From a virus (taxonomy: Duplodnaviria > Caudoviricetes), in the IMG/VR virus record IMGVR_UViG_3300021400_001623, positions 16,433-80,432 of that record: DNA of 64,000 bases; one strand, given 5' to 3'. Numbering within the stretch: the first letter of the stretch is position 1; each line of letters opens with the position of its first letter. Below, in pieces: positions 52,752-61,732 of this stretch. The translations under genes were made by a program, and so were the position numbers. Under the pieces are notes generated by a model. That model was given only the letters and a program-made list of their open reading frames with translations. It did no database searches and had not been told where the DNA came from.

Positions 52752-52775
52752 TCATAAATAAATCATATATTTGAT

Positions 52776-52808
52776 GGCGAGATCGAGAGGTCTCGCCTTT
52801 TTATTTTT
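52776..52808 (+). terminator. Intrinsic terminator
   Basis: ggcgagatc/ggtctcgcc stem then T tract. Confidence 0.7.
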
Positions 52809-52827
52809 AAAAGAAAGGAGAGTAATC

Positions 52828-53076
52828 ATGGATTTAAGAACAAGAATTTCGACAATTATTGCGGCAATCGCATATGCAAATGTGATCTTTGCGCAGTTCG
52901 ATCCGGCAGTTCTTGAGGGATATCCGAAGCTGCAGATGATTTATCAGGTATTTAGTATGGTATTCGCTGGTGCTGCTTGGCTAAACTCTCACTATTTCAA
53001 TCAGAATTTTACGCCGGAAGGCATCATGGGTACGGAGCATACACGTTCTCTCAAGCGCGAATTTAAGGGGGAATAA
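52828..53076 (+). CDS. Holin
   Basis: Two TM helices, just upstream of endolysin; ATG 52828 after AAAGGAG. Confidence 0.7.
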   Translation: MDLRTRISTIIAAIAYANVIFAQFDPAVLEGYPKLQMIYQVFSMVFAGAAWLNSHYFNQNFTPEGIMGTEHTRSLKREFKGE

Positions 53077-53079
53077 GGT

Positions 53080-54576
53080 ATGGCAACAGCTCAAGATGTT
53101 TTAAAAATTTGCGCAAAAGAAGTTGGCGTTAAAGAAAGTCCTGCGAATTCTAATAACGTCAAGTATAATACTTGGTTCTATGGACATAAGGTAAGTGGCA
53201 GCGATTATTCCTGGTGCGCCGTACACCTCGACTGGTGCTTTGAAAAGGCCGGTGCTGGAAAGTTATTCCCGCATAACGCTAACGCTGCGTATTCGCAAGA
53301 TGAGATCGTATCCAAATGTGGCGGCAAATGGATTATGAAGAAGAATAAATCTTCAGCCACACGTAAAGCCGCACTTAGCAAATATAAACCGGGAGATATC
53401 GTCACGTTCGATTTCGGCGCTTACGACGCTTGGCGCGACCATATTGGAATTATTAGATCCGTTAATATCGCTGCTGGCACAGTCCAATGTTATGAGGGTA
53501 ACACATCTAAGAATGGTTCTCAGTCTAATGGTGGCATGGTATGTCTGAAGACGCGTAGATACAGCGATATTTGCGCTTGCGTACGTCCTGCTTATAGTGG
53601 ATCAAGCACTACAAAGACAGAACCTGTAAATAAGAGTGCCGAAGTATCTATGCCGGAAGTATCCATCACGGAGAAAATTACCAAGAGAAGAGCTGTGGAT
53701 GTGAGTGCATGGCAAGGAAAAATTTCATATAATAGCTGGCTGAAAGTAAAAAAGGCTGGTTATGACACATGCATTCTACGGACAAGTTACACCTCACAAA
53801 GCTCCTTCTCCCTTGCTAAAGACAAGGTATTTGAAAATAATATTAAAAACGCTATCGCTGCTGGCATGAAAATTGGCGTATATCATTATTCACAGGCTGT
53901 TAACGTAGCAGAAGCTGAGAAAGAAGCGAACTATACGCTAAAAATTATTAATCCGTATAAGAGATATATCAATGAACCTGTTGTCTTTGATGATGAATTT
54001 GGCGAAAGATGGAGCGCCAGTAAAGCAAAGAAACTTGGTAAGAGTGGGACGAATAAACGTTGTAAGAAGTTCTGCGATATCGTAAAGAAGGCTGGATATG
54101 AACCGATGGTTTATGCTAACCGTAATATGTTTGATACATATCTTGACGCCGCAGAATTAAAGAAGCTGTACAAAGTATGGCTTGCGCAGTATTCCACTTC
54201 AACATCTTTCACAGATATGTATATGTGGCAGCACTCGTCGTCTGGTAAAGTCAGTGGTCTATCTGGCAATATTGATGTAAACAAGATTTACGATACAACA
54301 GTTAAGAAAATTATTCTGCATACTCCAAACGGAAAGCTATATACTGGCAAATTCCCTACGGCCATGATCTATAAGAACCATGGAACAAAGGCGAATATTA
54401 AGGCTTGGCAGAAATTCCTTAACTTCACATTTGGGAAAATGGTATGTGATCCAGATGGTGACTTTGGGAATATTACAAGAGAATACACATTGAAATTCCA
54501 AAATGCGTTTGGCTTGGAACAAGATGGCGTAGTCGGAGATGAGACGATTAAAATGGCTAAAAGGGTTAAGAAATAG
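53080..54576 (+). CDS. Endolysin: CHAP + GH25 + peptidoglycan-binding domain
   Basis: YSWCAVH...DHIGI...YEGNT; VDVSAWQG...PVVFDDE...WLAQY...WQHSS; DGDFG..T..FQ..FGLEQDGVVG. Confidence 0.88.
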   Translation: MATAQDVLKICAKEVGVKESPANSNNVKYNTWFYGHKVSGSDYSWCAVHLDWCFEKAGAGKLFPHNANAAYSQDEIVSKCGGKWIMKKNKSSATRKAALSKYKPGDIVTFDFGAYDAWRDHIGIIRSVNIAAGTVQCYEGNTSKNGSQSNGGMVCLKTRRYSDICACVRPAYSGSSTTKTEPVNKSAEVSMPEVSITEKITKRRAVDVSAWQGKISYNSWLKVKKAGYDTCILRTSYTSQSSFSLAKDKVFENNIKNAIAAGMKIGVYHYSQAVNVAEAEKEANYTLKIINPYKRYINEPVVFDDEFGERWSASKAKKLGKSGTNKRCKKFCDIVKKAGYEPMVYANRNMFDTYLDAAELKKLYKVWLAQYSTSTSFTDMYMWQHSSSGKVSGLSGNIDVNKIYDTTVKKIILHTPNGKLYTGKFPTAMIYKNHGTKANIKAWQKFLNFTFGKMVCDPDGDFGNITREYTLKFQNAFGLEQDGVVGDETIKMAKRVKK

Positions 54577-54671
54577 TAAATGTTTTTAATTATAGTTGTT
54601 GGCCTTCTTGATATATCATAGTCATGATTCAAGAGGGTCACAACTATTAATTGGACTCAGGAAACCAAATA

Positions 54672-54700
54672 TTGACATTGTAAATATATTACAGTATAAT
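54672..54700 (+). promoter_or_regulatory. Perfect sigmaA promoter of abrB
   Basis: TTGACA-17 nt-TATAAT; spacer contains near-palindrome tgtaa...ttaca. Confidence 0.85.
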
Positions 54701-54725
54701 GTTCCTATCTAAAGGAGGGGGCGCC

Positions 54726-54974
54726 ATGAAAGCGACAGGAATCGTCAGGAAAGTTGATAACTTAGGCAGGATTGTAGTGCCGATCGAATTACGCCGGAGT
54801 CTTGGCATAGAAATTCGCGATGATCTTGAAATTTTTGTGGACAATGAAAGCATCATCCTGCAAAAGTATTCACCTGCCTGTCTCTTCTGTGGTGAATCTG
54901 GAGAATTTGTAGAGTATAAAGGTAAGCGGATCTGTCGAACCTGTCTCGATAATATCAAGGCTGCCGAGCAGTAG
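54726..54974 (+). CDS. abrB: AbrB/SpoVT-family transcriptional regulator (clostridial type with C-terminal Cys cluster)
   Basis: MKATGIVRKVDNLGRIVVPIELRR...LEIFVD; CLFC...CRTC. Confidence 0.9.
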   Translation: MKATGIVRKVDNLGRIVVPIELRRSLGIEIRDDLEIFVDNESIILQKYSPACLFCGESGEFVEYKGKRICRTCLDNIKAAEQ

Positions 54975-54997
54975 CTACCACCCTTTATTTTTTACAT

Positions 54998-56158
54998 TTA
55001 TATTTTTGGTATCTTTACAGCTTTCATTTTCATTTTATTCGCGACGGTCACATAAGTGTTTAGTGTGACCTGTATATTACTATGCCCAAGTAGTTCAGAT
55101 ATTGTCTTTGCATCTATACCCTGTTCGAAAAGCACAGTAGCATAGGTGTGGCGTAGGCAATGTGCCCCTACCCCATCCATATTTTCCGTAATATTAGCGG
55201 CTTTACAAATCCTATTAAATGTCTTAGTTAATTCCACTGGAGGCAGTACTGTTCCATGGACCGTAGAAATGATAAGATTACCATGGAACATTTTAGACAT
55301 CTCAGTCAACATTTGAAATGCCGTGTCGTTTAGCGGCACATATCTACCCGAATCCCATTTGGTGGTATTCTCTCTGATAACTACCTTGTATTTGCCGTCT
55401 ATTTTAAGCGAGGCGGCGCTATTCCGTACTTGGATGTATCTTTCATCCAATTTGACATCTTCGTAGCTTAGAGCGCACATTTCGGACTCTCTGATGCCAG
55501 TGTTCATCATGAAGATCATGGCTGGGCCATATCTGTAAACGTATGAACCATTCTTATATTTACGCAAGGCTTCCTTGTAAAACCGTTCGCGCTCATTATT
55601 CCATTCATCGCTGCGTAAATATCGCGGCTCATTATTCTTCTGGTCGAATTTGCTTTTAGCAATCATAGTCACGGCAATCATTGGATTATCTTTTGGCAGA
55701 ATATCGCCGCGAGATATGGCATATTTATAGCAGCCATTAAAAGCCTCAAATATCTTCTTGACGGATGAGTATGATATGCCATTATCATATGCGTCGTTTA
55801 GTCTCTGCTGAATCATATCGGCGCTTAAATTATTAAACTTCACTTTTTTGAAATATGGCTTGATGTGTGTATCAACTGTACTTTCAATCCGTCGATATGT
55901 CGTGCTGCTTACAGAGGCTTGTTTATATTTTAAGAACTGATTAAAGTAAGAATCTACGGTGACGTTTGGATTGATCAATACCCCGTTTTCTTGCTCACGC
56001 TGAAATTCATCTTGTAAATCTTTGAGCGTTTGATTTGCTTCTCGTTTGCTCGATACTTTTCTTCTCTTCTCTTTGTTACCTTGGCGGAGACGCACCAAAT
56101 AAGTTCCGTCCTCTAATTGTTTAACCGATCCGGTTCCCTTTCTTCTACGTTGTGTCAT
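54998..56158 (-). CDS. int: Phage integrase (tyrosine)
   Basis: TGIRESE, HCLRHTYAT, LLGHS, TLNTY; N-terminal arm-binding region; adjacent to att site. Confidence 0.92.
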   Translation of the reverse strand: MTQRRRKGTGSVKQLEDGTYLVRLRQGNKEKRRKVSSKREANQTLKDLQDEFQREQENGVLINPNVTVDSYFNQFLKYKQASVSSTTYRRIESTVDTHIKPYFKKVKFNNLSADMIQQRLNDAYDNGISYSSVKKIFEAFNGCYKYAISRGDILPKDNPMIAVTMIAKSKFDQKNNEPRYLRSDEWNNERERFYKEALRKYKNGSYVYRYGPAMIFMMNTGIRESEMCALSYEDVKLDERYIQVRNSAASLKIDGKYKVVIRENTTKWDSGRYVPLNDTAFQMLTEMSKMFHGNLIISTVHGTVLPPVELTKTFNRICKAANITENMDGVGAHCLRHTYATVLFEQGIDAKTISELLGHSNIQVTLNTYVTVANKMKMKAVKIPKI

Positions 56159-56307
56159 AATATTTATACCCCCTATTTGATATGTATATTATAACACAAA
56201 GAAACCCCTTATAATACCCCTTATGAAACCCCTTATTCTGTCGTGAAATTATCGTTGAAATCCCAACGTTTTACATTTTATATAGTTTATGTATATTTTA
56301 TTGATAT

Positions 56308-56359
56308 AAAAAGAAAATCCCCAAAGCATTGATTTTTCAACGTTTGGGGAGTCTTTCTT
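56308..56359 (-). terminator. Terminator downstream of tRNA 3' half
   Basis: ctccccaaa...tttgggga stem then ttttctttt on - strand. Confidence 0.6.
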
Positions 56360-56360
56360 G

Positions 56361-56410
56361 TGGAGGCGACACCCGGATTTGAACCGGGGAATAAAGGTTT
56401 TGCAGACCTC
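56361..56410 (-). other. attP core: 3' half of tRNA-Cys(GCA) from anticodon stem to CCA
   Basis: - strand gaggt-ctGCAaa-acctt tattccccggttcaaatccgggtgtcgcctCCA; no D-arm or 5' acceptor strand upstream. Confidence 0.85.
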
Positions 56411-56573
56411 GGTAGCTAAACATGTATTGCTGTAATTGCAATGCCTTCAGCGCCTCATTTGTGTTCGTCCCCTTATAAACCCCTTATGTTGTCGCGAGAT
56501 TTGCACGGGTTTTTCTGAACACCTTACGTAGTATACACTTTAGGGGGGTTCATTGTCAACCCCCCTTATTTTT

Positions 56574-56885
56574 TTAGTTTTTGTCTAGTTTCTTTTTAAA
56601 TTCTTCTTCTTTACCTATCAGTTGCGCTAGACAGTTGCCTAGTCGCTTCACATCTTTCTCTACTTCGCGATAGTCTTTAATGAATTTTTCAAATGTATCC
56701 GCTTGACTTAGCTTGGGTTCTCTAATTAATAGTGCGTCAAGCAGATGGTCAATTTTATGATAGTAGCCTATGTAGTCCAAAATCGGCCTACCATCGTTAT
56801 CTCTACGTCCAGTATCTATAGCAAGCATATACTGCCTCGAATCAGACGTAATAATATAGTTACTGTCAGCAATTTTTATTTTCAA
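56574..56885 (-). CDS. Hypothetical protein
   Basis: 103-aa ORF in the - strand operon. Confidence 0.6.
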   Translation of the reverse strand: MKIKIADSNYIITSDSRQYMLAIDTGRRDNDGRPILDYIGYYHKIDHLLDALLIREPKLSQADTFEKFIKDYREVEKDVKRLGNCLAQLIGKEEEFKKKLDKN

Positions 56886-56890
56886 TTACT

Positions 56891-57382
56891 TCAACCTTTC
56901 CACGTTAACTTGTCTAAATTTGCAATAATATAATCTACGGATTCTTGCGTCAATCCAGGCCCCATATGAAAATAATTTTCATCTTGCGTACAATACCAAT
57001 ATGATTCAAGGTGCCATTTATCATACATGAAATCCTCATCGTCAAGAATCAAAATTTTATCTACACCCAATTGATAATATAGATAATCTGATATTTCTTG
57101 GGCGCGGCGATGCCAAACGATTTTTGGTGTTTGTTCCGACAATTCTAACCCATATTCAGCTAATTTCTCATACAAGTATTGACCCATTTCTGTCGGTTCA
57201 TTTCCATTACGCCATTCAGAACGCCAAGTTGATGCGAGCACCAACTCAGCGTCCATAGCGTCGACAATTTGCTTTAATAAAGCAACCTTTGTGCTTTCTA
57301 TGCCAACATATCCACAGATTCTATCTGGTGTGCTGTCAGTATTTAGCACACCGTCAATGTCTAAAAAGATAATATTTCTCAT
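56891..57382 (-). CDS. HAD-superfamily protein
   Basis: IIFLDIDGVLN motif I; ILILDDE. Confidence 0.75.
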   Translation of the reverse strand: MRNIIFLDIDGVLNTDSTPDRICGYVGIESTKVALLKQIVDAMDAELVLASTWRSEWRNGNEPTEMGQYLYEKLAEYGLELSEQTPKIVWHRRAQEISDYLYYQLGVDKILILDDEDFMYDKWHLESYWYCTQDENYFHMGPGLTQESVDYIIANLDKLTWKG

Positions 57383-57714
57383 GGTAATAGTCTCTTAAAT
57401 TCACTTAAATCGTGATCTCGACTGTAATATTCAACGATATCTTCTCGCTCCCAACAATGGTCGCACATTTGTTGAAAAAAAGAACTGTTCATGAATTGCT
57501 TAGCGATACAATATAGTAGGCCAAGTTCTGGATCATATACATCATCGTCTTGACACCTAGCAACCGTTTTTGTTCCGTCTTCCCAGAATACGATAGTAGC
57601 CGGGTTATTATATATCACTCTCTGAATCTTATTCCATCTAGTTAAATCGTGGCCGCTATAGAAAACTGAGTCAGGTTGCACTTTAATTGATGTTTTAGTT
57701 TCCATTTGTACCAC
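57379..57714 (-). CDS. Conserved phage hypothetical protein
   Basis: VIYNNPATIVFWEDGTKT motif. Confidence 0.6.
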   Translation of the reverse strand: MVQMETKTSIKVQPDSVFYSGHDLTRWNKIQRVIYNNPATIVFWEDGTKTVARCQDDDVYDPELGLLYCIAKQFMNSSFFQQMCDHCWEREDIVEYYSRDHDLSEFKRLLP

Positions 57715-58431
57715 CTACTTTCCGGAACTGCCAAGTGCACCGTCACCGCGCTTAGAGTCGATAGTTGAGTATTCATCCTGCGAGATTTGTTCTATAATTA
57801 GTTCTGGAACAGGAAGGAAAAGAGCCTGCGCAATCGCCTTCTCATAGGGGTAAATCTCCATGCTATCAACATCGAATTGCACCCTAAATTCATCCATCCA
57901 GTCTTCCTTAACGATTGCAATATCATAATTATTATGGTTCGTAATTGGCACAAACCATTCGCCGCGATAACCTGAATCGATAATGCCAGAGCGCTGCCCG
58001 ATGCCACGCGTACCAGTTGATCCACGCTCTTTAAGTACAGCAACATATTTCTTGTTAAATGCGCTCTTAATCCCAGTTGGAACCATCACGGTCTTATGAG
58101 ACTTAATAATAATCCAATTATCATCAAAAGTAGCGTATATGTCATATCCTGCATCTTCATCATTTTTTTCTGGCATCATTGCGTCTTGACTCAATAGAGC
58201 GAACTTTACCATATGATTCTCTAACTTTTGCTTAGCATGCTTATAAAAAATAATCGCCCAGACAATAACACAAATTATACCAACTCCAATGCCAAACTGA
58301 CTGTGATCGTATAGCGCTATCCATATCGTCAGCATAAAGATGATGAAGATAAATAAATACCCAATTATGTAAGATATCCATGTGTTAGTTATGAATGGGT
58401 TAATGCTTCTCTTTTCCTTATATTCGTCCAT
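57715..58431 (-). CDS. dut: Trimeric dUTPase, in frame with an N-terminal two-TM segment
   Basis: AGYDI, RGS, GIIDSGYRGE, IAQ, RGDGALGSSG; internal ATG 58212 begins the enzyme domain. Confidence 0.88.
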   Translation of the reverse strand: MDEYKEKRSINPFITNTWISYIIGYLFIFIIFMLTIWIALYDHSQFGIGVGIICVIVWAIIFYKHAKQKLENHMVKFALLSQDAMMPEKNDEDAGYDIYATFDDNWIIIKSHKTVMVPTGIKSAFNKKYVAVLKERGSTGTRGIGQRSGIIDSGYRGEWFVPITNHNNYDIAIVKEDWMDEFRVQFDVDSMEIYPYEKAIAQALFLPVPELIIEQISQDEYSTIDSKRGDGALGSSGK

Positions 58432-58433
58432 CC

Positions 58434-58634
58434 CTAATCCTCTCTATAATGTCTATCGTTAACATCGTAGAGAACACCGCCATTTTCCATGCGATATACT
58501 CCCTTTTTGTCTGTAGGCTCGATTTTAAGCGATTTTATATCGGCCACATGATTAATGTATTGGCGCACTTCTTCTAATTCTTCGTATGTTGCGCCACGAA
58601 TCAGATTTTCTATTTGTAACAATAATTCGCTCAT
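58434..58634 (-). CDS. Hypothetical protein
   Basis: 66-aa ORF. Confidence 0.5.
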   Translation of the reverse strand: MSELLLQIENLIRGATYEELEEVRQYINHVADIKSLKIEPTDKKGVYRMENGGVLYDVNDRHYRED

Positions 58635-58646
58635 AAAATACCCCTT

Positions 58647-58865
58647 TTATGCCAATCGCTTTATAACTTCATATAATACTTCAAAGGCGGCTAATTCTTG
58701 TTCTTTGGTATATTGATTATGCCAACACCATTCTTTGAAATACTTATAATCTAGAGCATCTGATTCTTGATTATGAATTCGCTCAGTGGCTAATATGTAT
58801 CCACAGGCGAACATAGCCGCCATCAGTATGACGGCTATGCATGCATATACGAATACTTGACCCAT
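58647..58865 (-). CDS. Small membrane-anchored protein
   Basis: N-terminal TM helix; ATG overlaps nrdJ stop. Confidence 0.5.
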   Translation of the reverse strand: MGQVFVYACIAVILMAAMFACGYILATERIHNQESDALDYKYFKEWCWHNQYTKEQELAAFEVLYEVIKRLA

Positions 58866-61156
58866 TAGTCGCACCTAGAAAAGCCGCATGATTTGCAAAT
58901 ATTGCAGCCACCTTCAAATACTAATTCAGCACCGCATTCTGGACAAACTGGTTTGGTTGTATTTGCAGAGTTAGCTGACTCTTCTGGAACGCATTCAATT
59001 TCTTCATCGAGCAAATCACTGTCAATCAATCCTAATTCTGCTTGCATTTCTGTCCACATATCCTTTAAGGCGTATCCAACGGCAATCGGACAACAGGAGC
59101 CTATGCTTGTATCATGTTTTGTCGCTCTTCTTACCGCGTAAGATGGACATACCCCGCAAGAATTGAGTTGGTCGATAATAGTGTCTATATCAACTCCAGC
59201 CCTTGCAGATAATGAGATCATCCGGCTCATTGCCGTCATGTTATTGGCACATCCGCCAGTAGACCCACGGCTTAAATATGTTTCACATAAATCTCCAGTA
59301 ATCGGATCAAAGAATGCCGTGCAATGCAGACTACCGCAGCCAGTTGTTAACTTGCGTTTCTTACCGACAACATCGTCATCTGCAATAACAATATCTCCAC
59401 GATGCAATACGCTAGTATCATTTTGGGCTTCTTCCATTTCCTCTTTTGGTGTTGCGTTAAGTATACCTACCCGCCTACATCCATCGCGGAATACTGTAAT
59501 TCCTTTTAATCCATTTTTCCATGCTTGTATGTATATCTGTTTTACATCGTCAACTGTTGCTGAATTTGGAAGATTAACGGTTGAACTAATGCTGGCATCA
59601 ATATGTTCTTGCCACGTTGCCTGCATATGGATGCGATCTATGGGCTTAATTTGAGATGATGTAATAACGTAATCTGGGAAATCTTCATCTGTTTTGCCGC
59701 CAATAGCATCTAGTAGCTCTTGTAATGCTTTTGGACGCTCAACGTAATCTACATCTTCACCATGTAATGACTTAGTGGTGCGTATCCAACTCGTATTAAA
59801 ATATGGTTCAATCCCGCCACTAACCTGTAGCATGGTTGAGAGAGTGCCTGTAGGTGCAATAGTAAGAATTTGTGAATTATATAGCCCATTTTCTCGAATA
59901 TGGTTTAATTGATCTTTATCAAGTAATGCTTGCAAGAAAGGGGACTCTGCTAATTTTGCTTTATCGCATGCCGGCTACGGCCCGTGCTCCTTAGCCATGT
60001 CGCATGATTTTTCAACAGCGATGCGAGCTAACATGCTTGATATGTTTTGGCATATCATCAATGATTTCTCACTACCGTATTTCACACCTAGTTTAACGAG
60101 CATATCTGCGATACCAAATACGCCTAGCCCAATTTGCCTCCAATCACGTACTGCATCTCGTTGAATTTGAAGTGGGTGAAGCGGCAATCCTTCGTCTAGA
60201 ACATCGTTTAATGCTTGTACCGCTATACGTACTGTTTTCACAAACGATTTCATTTCAAAGTACGCATGGTCTGTGTATGGGTCTTTGACGAATTCTGATA
60301 AGTTGATACTGCCAAGTAGACAACTTCCTCCAGGCGGCAATGGTTCTTCCGCACATGGATTTGTACCAGCATACCTGAATTTTGGGTCTTCACTAACCAT
60401 ATTCCAGTTGCTTACGGTATCCCAGAATAGCATCCCAGGTTCACCCATATCCCAATTCTGATATGCCAACTTATTAAAAATCTCACCTGCTTTTACAGTC
60501 TTTTCAATACCTTCGTCTACCTCGTCTCTCCAATGAGATAAAGTAAACGGTTGATCGTGAATGGCTGCTTGCATAAAATCATCTGTAACTCTAACAGATA
60601 TATTAGCCGTGGTTACCTTATCAAGATCAGATTTTACATCGATGAATTCTTCAAGGTCTGGATGATGACAATCCATAGATAACATCAACGCTCCACGGCG
60701 GCCATTTTGACCTATCAGCCCTGTAGTCATCGCATACAAATCCATGAATGAAACAGCCCCACTTGTTGTCTTGGCTGTGTTATTAACCCTTGCCCCTCGT
60801 GGTGCTAAGTTGGATAAATCAATACCAACACCGCCACCATAACTAAAAGTTCTTGCAAGTTTACCAGCCGTATCGTAAATAGATTCAATGTTATCCTCCG
60901 GCTCTGGCAGCACATAGCAATTACTATATGTCACCTTAATGCCGTCTTTATATAAACCTCTATTTGCTAATATCCTGCCACCAAATAAAAATCTCTTTGC
61001 TTTTATCTCTTCCCTTAATTCTTCATTTCCATTACTTATTCTATCCAACCATTCATCAAAACTCTCATCATTATATTGATACTTTCCGTGCCAGATATCT
61101 CGTCCTATATCATTATTCTCTCCAAGCCATTCTTCAAGCCTCAATTTCATCCTCAC
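58865..61156 (-). CDS. nrdJ: Class II (B12-dependent) ribonucleotide reductase, interrupted by one in-frame TAG at 59975-59977
   Basis: TNPCAEEP, RQIGLG, TIAPTGTLS, C-terminal Cys-rich domains; the two ORFs share a frame with 13 sense codons between. Confidence 0.85.
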
Positions 61157-61724
61157 TTTCTAGCCAAGCTATAGTAGTAATAAACTTATATGCTTCTTCC
61201 CAGTTATGCACTCTGATTGCACCAATACCAGATTCATCACACCACCGATTATGTGGTCTATCAAATAGTAATTTGGCACATCCAGAAGGCATTGCACAGA
61301 GGTTTTCCGGGTTATCGTCTAATATCAAATCTACATTTATGATTTCTTTTGAGGCAGTTAATACCATTCTTCTATCATCAACAAACGGAAAGTGTTGGAA
61401 AAACCTACGCATCTTAGCCGCAGCCGTATCTGGATATGTAGCAGTAACTATATATGTTTCAATATCATCATGCTCATTGATTAATTTCCACAAATATTCA
61501 ACCGCGTCATCTATTGGATCAACTGTCTTCCAGAAATCACTCTGATGTAAGATATAAAATAACGTATCCCTATTACCCTTTTTAATATACTGGGCGATAT
61601 CCCATGACTTAACATCTTCTGTGGTGACATCATCACCAGTAATTTCGTTATGACGTTTAAGCCATGCCGTTGTAGTTTCTAATAACACGTCGTCAACGTC
61701 AATTCCAATTCTCAATGTCAACAC
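61134..61724 (-). CDS. 5'(3')-deoxyribonucleotidase (HAD)
   Basis: IGIDVDDVL; LILDDNPEN; LLFDRPHN. Confidence 0.8.
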   Translation of the reverse strand: MLTLRIGIDVDDVLLETTTAWLKRHNEITGDDVTTEDVKSWDIAQYIKKGNRDTLFYILHQSDFWKTVDPIDDAVEYLWKLINEHDDIETYIVTATYPDTAAAKMRRFFQHFPFVDDRRMVLTASKEIINVDLILDDNPENLCAMPSGCAKLLFDRPHNRWCDESGIGAIRVHNWEEAYKFITTIAWLESEDEIEA

Positions 61725-61732
61725 ATCACCTC

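Larger units (their letters stand above)
56205..56487. repeat. CCCCTTAT direct repeats, putative integrase arm sites
   Basis: Copies at 56205, 56217, 56229 (12-bp period) and 56469, 56480, flanking the tRNA core. Confidence 0.7.

Noticed and set aside
1601-54641. Numerous short opposite-strand or alternative-frame ORFs over structural genes (e.g. 1601-1966, 3272-3961, 4199-4723, 27548-27850)
   Set aside because: Shadow ORFs fully overlapping well-supported genes, without SD or recognisable motifs
56361-56440. Full tRNA-Cys gene
   Set aside because: Only anticodon stem to CCA is present; upstream sequence forms no D-arm or acceptor 5' strand
3371-56487. CRISPR array
   Set aside because: Repeats found are coding tandem repeats or 8-bp att arm sites, with no repeat-spacer periodicity and no cas genes
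58865-61156. Intein or intron explaining the nrdJ split
   Set aside because: The gap is only a stop plus 13 in-frame codons; no intein termini or intron core
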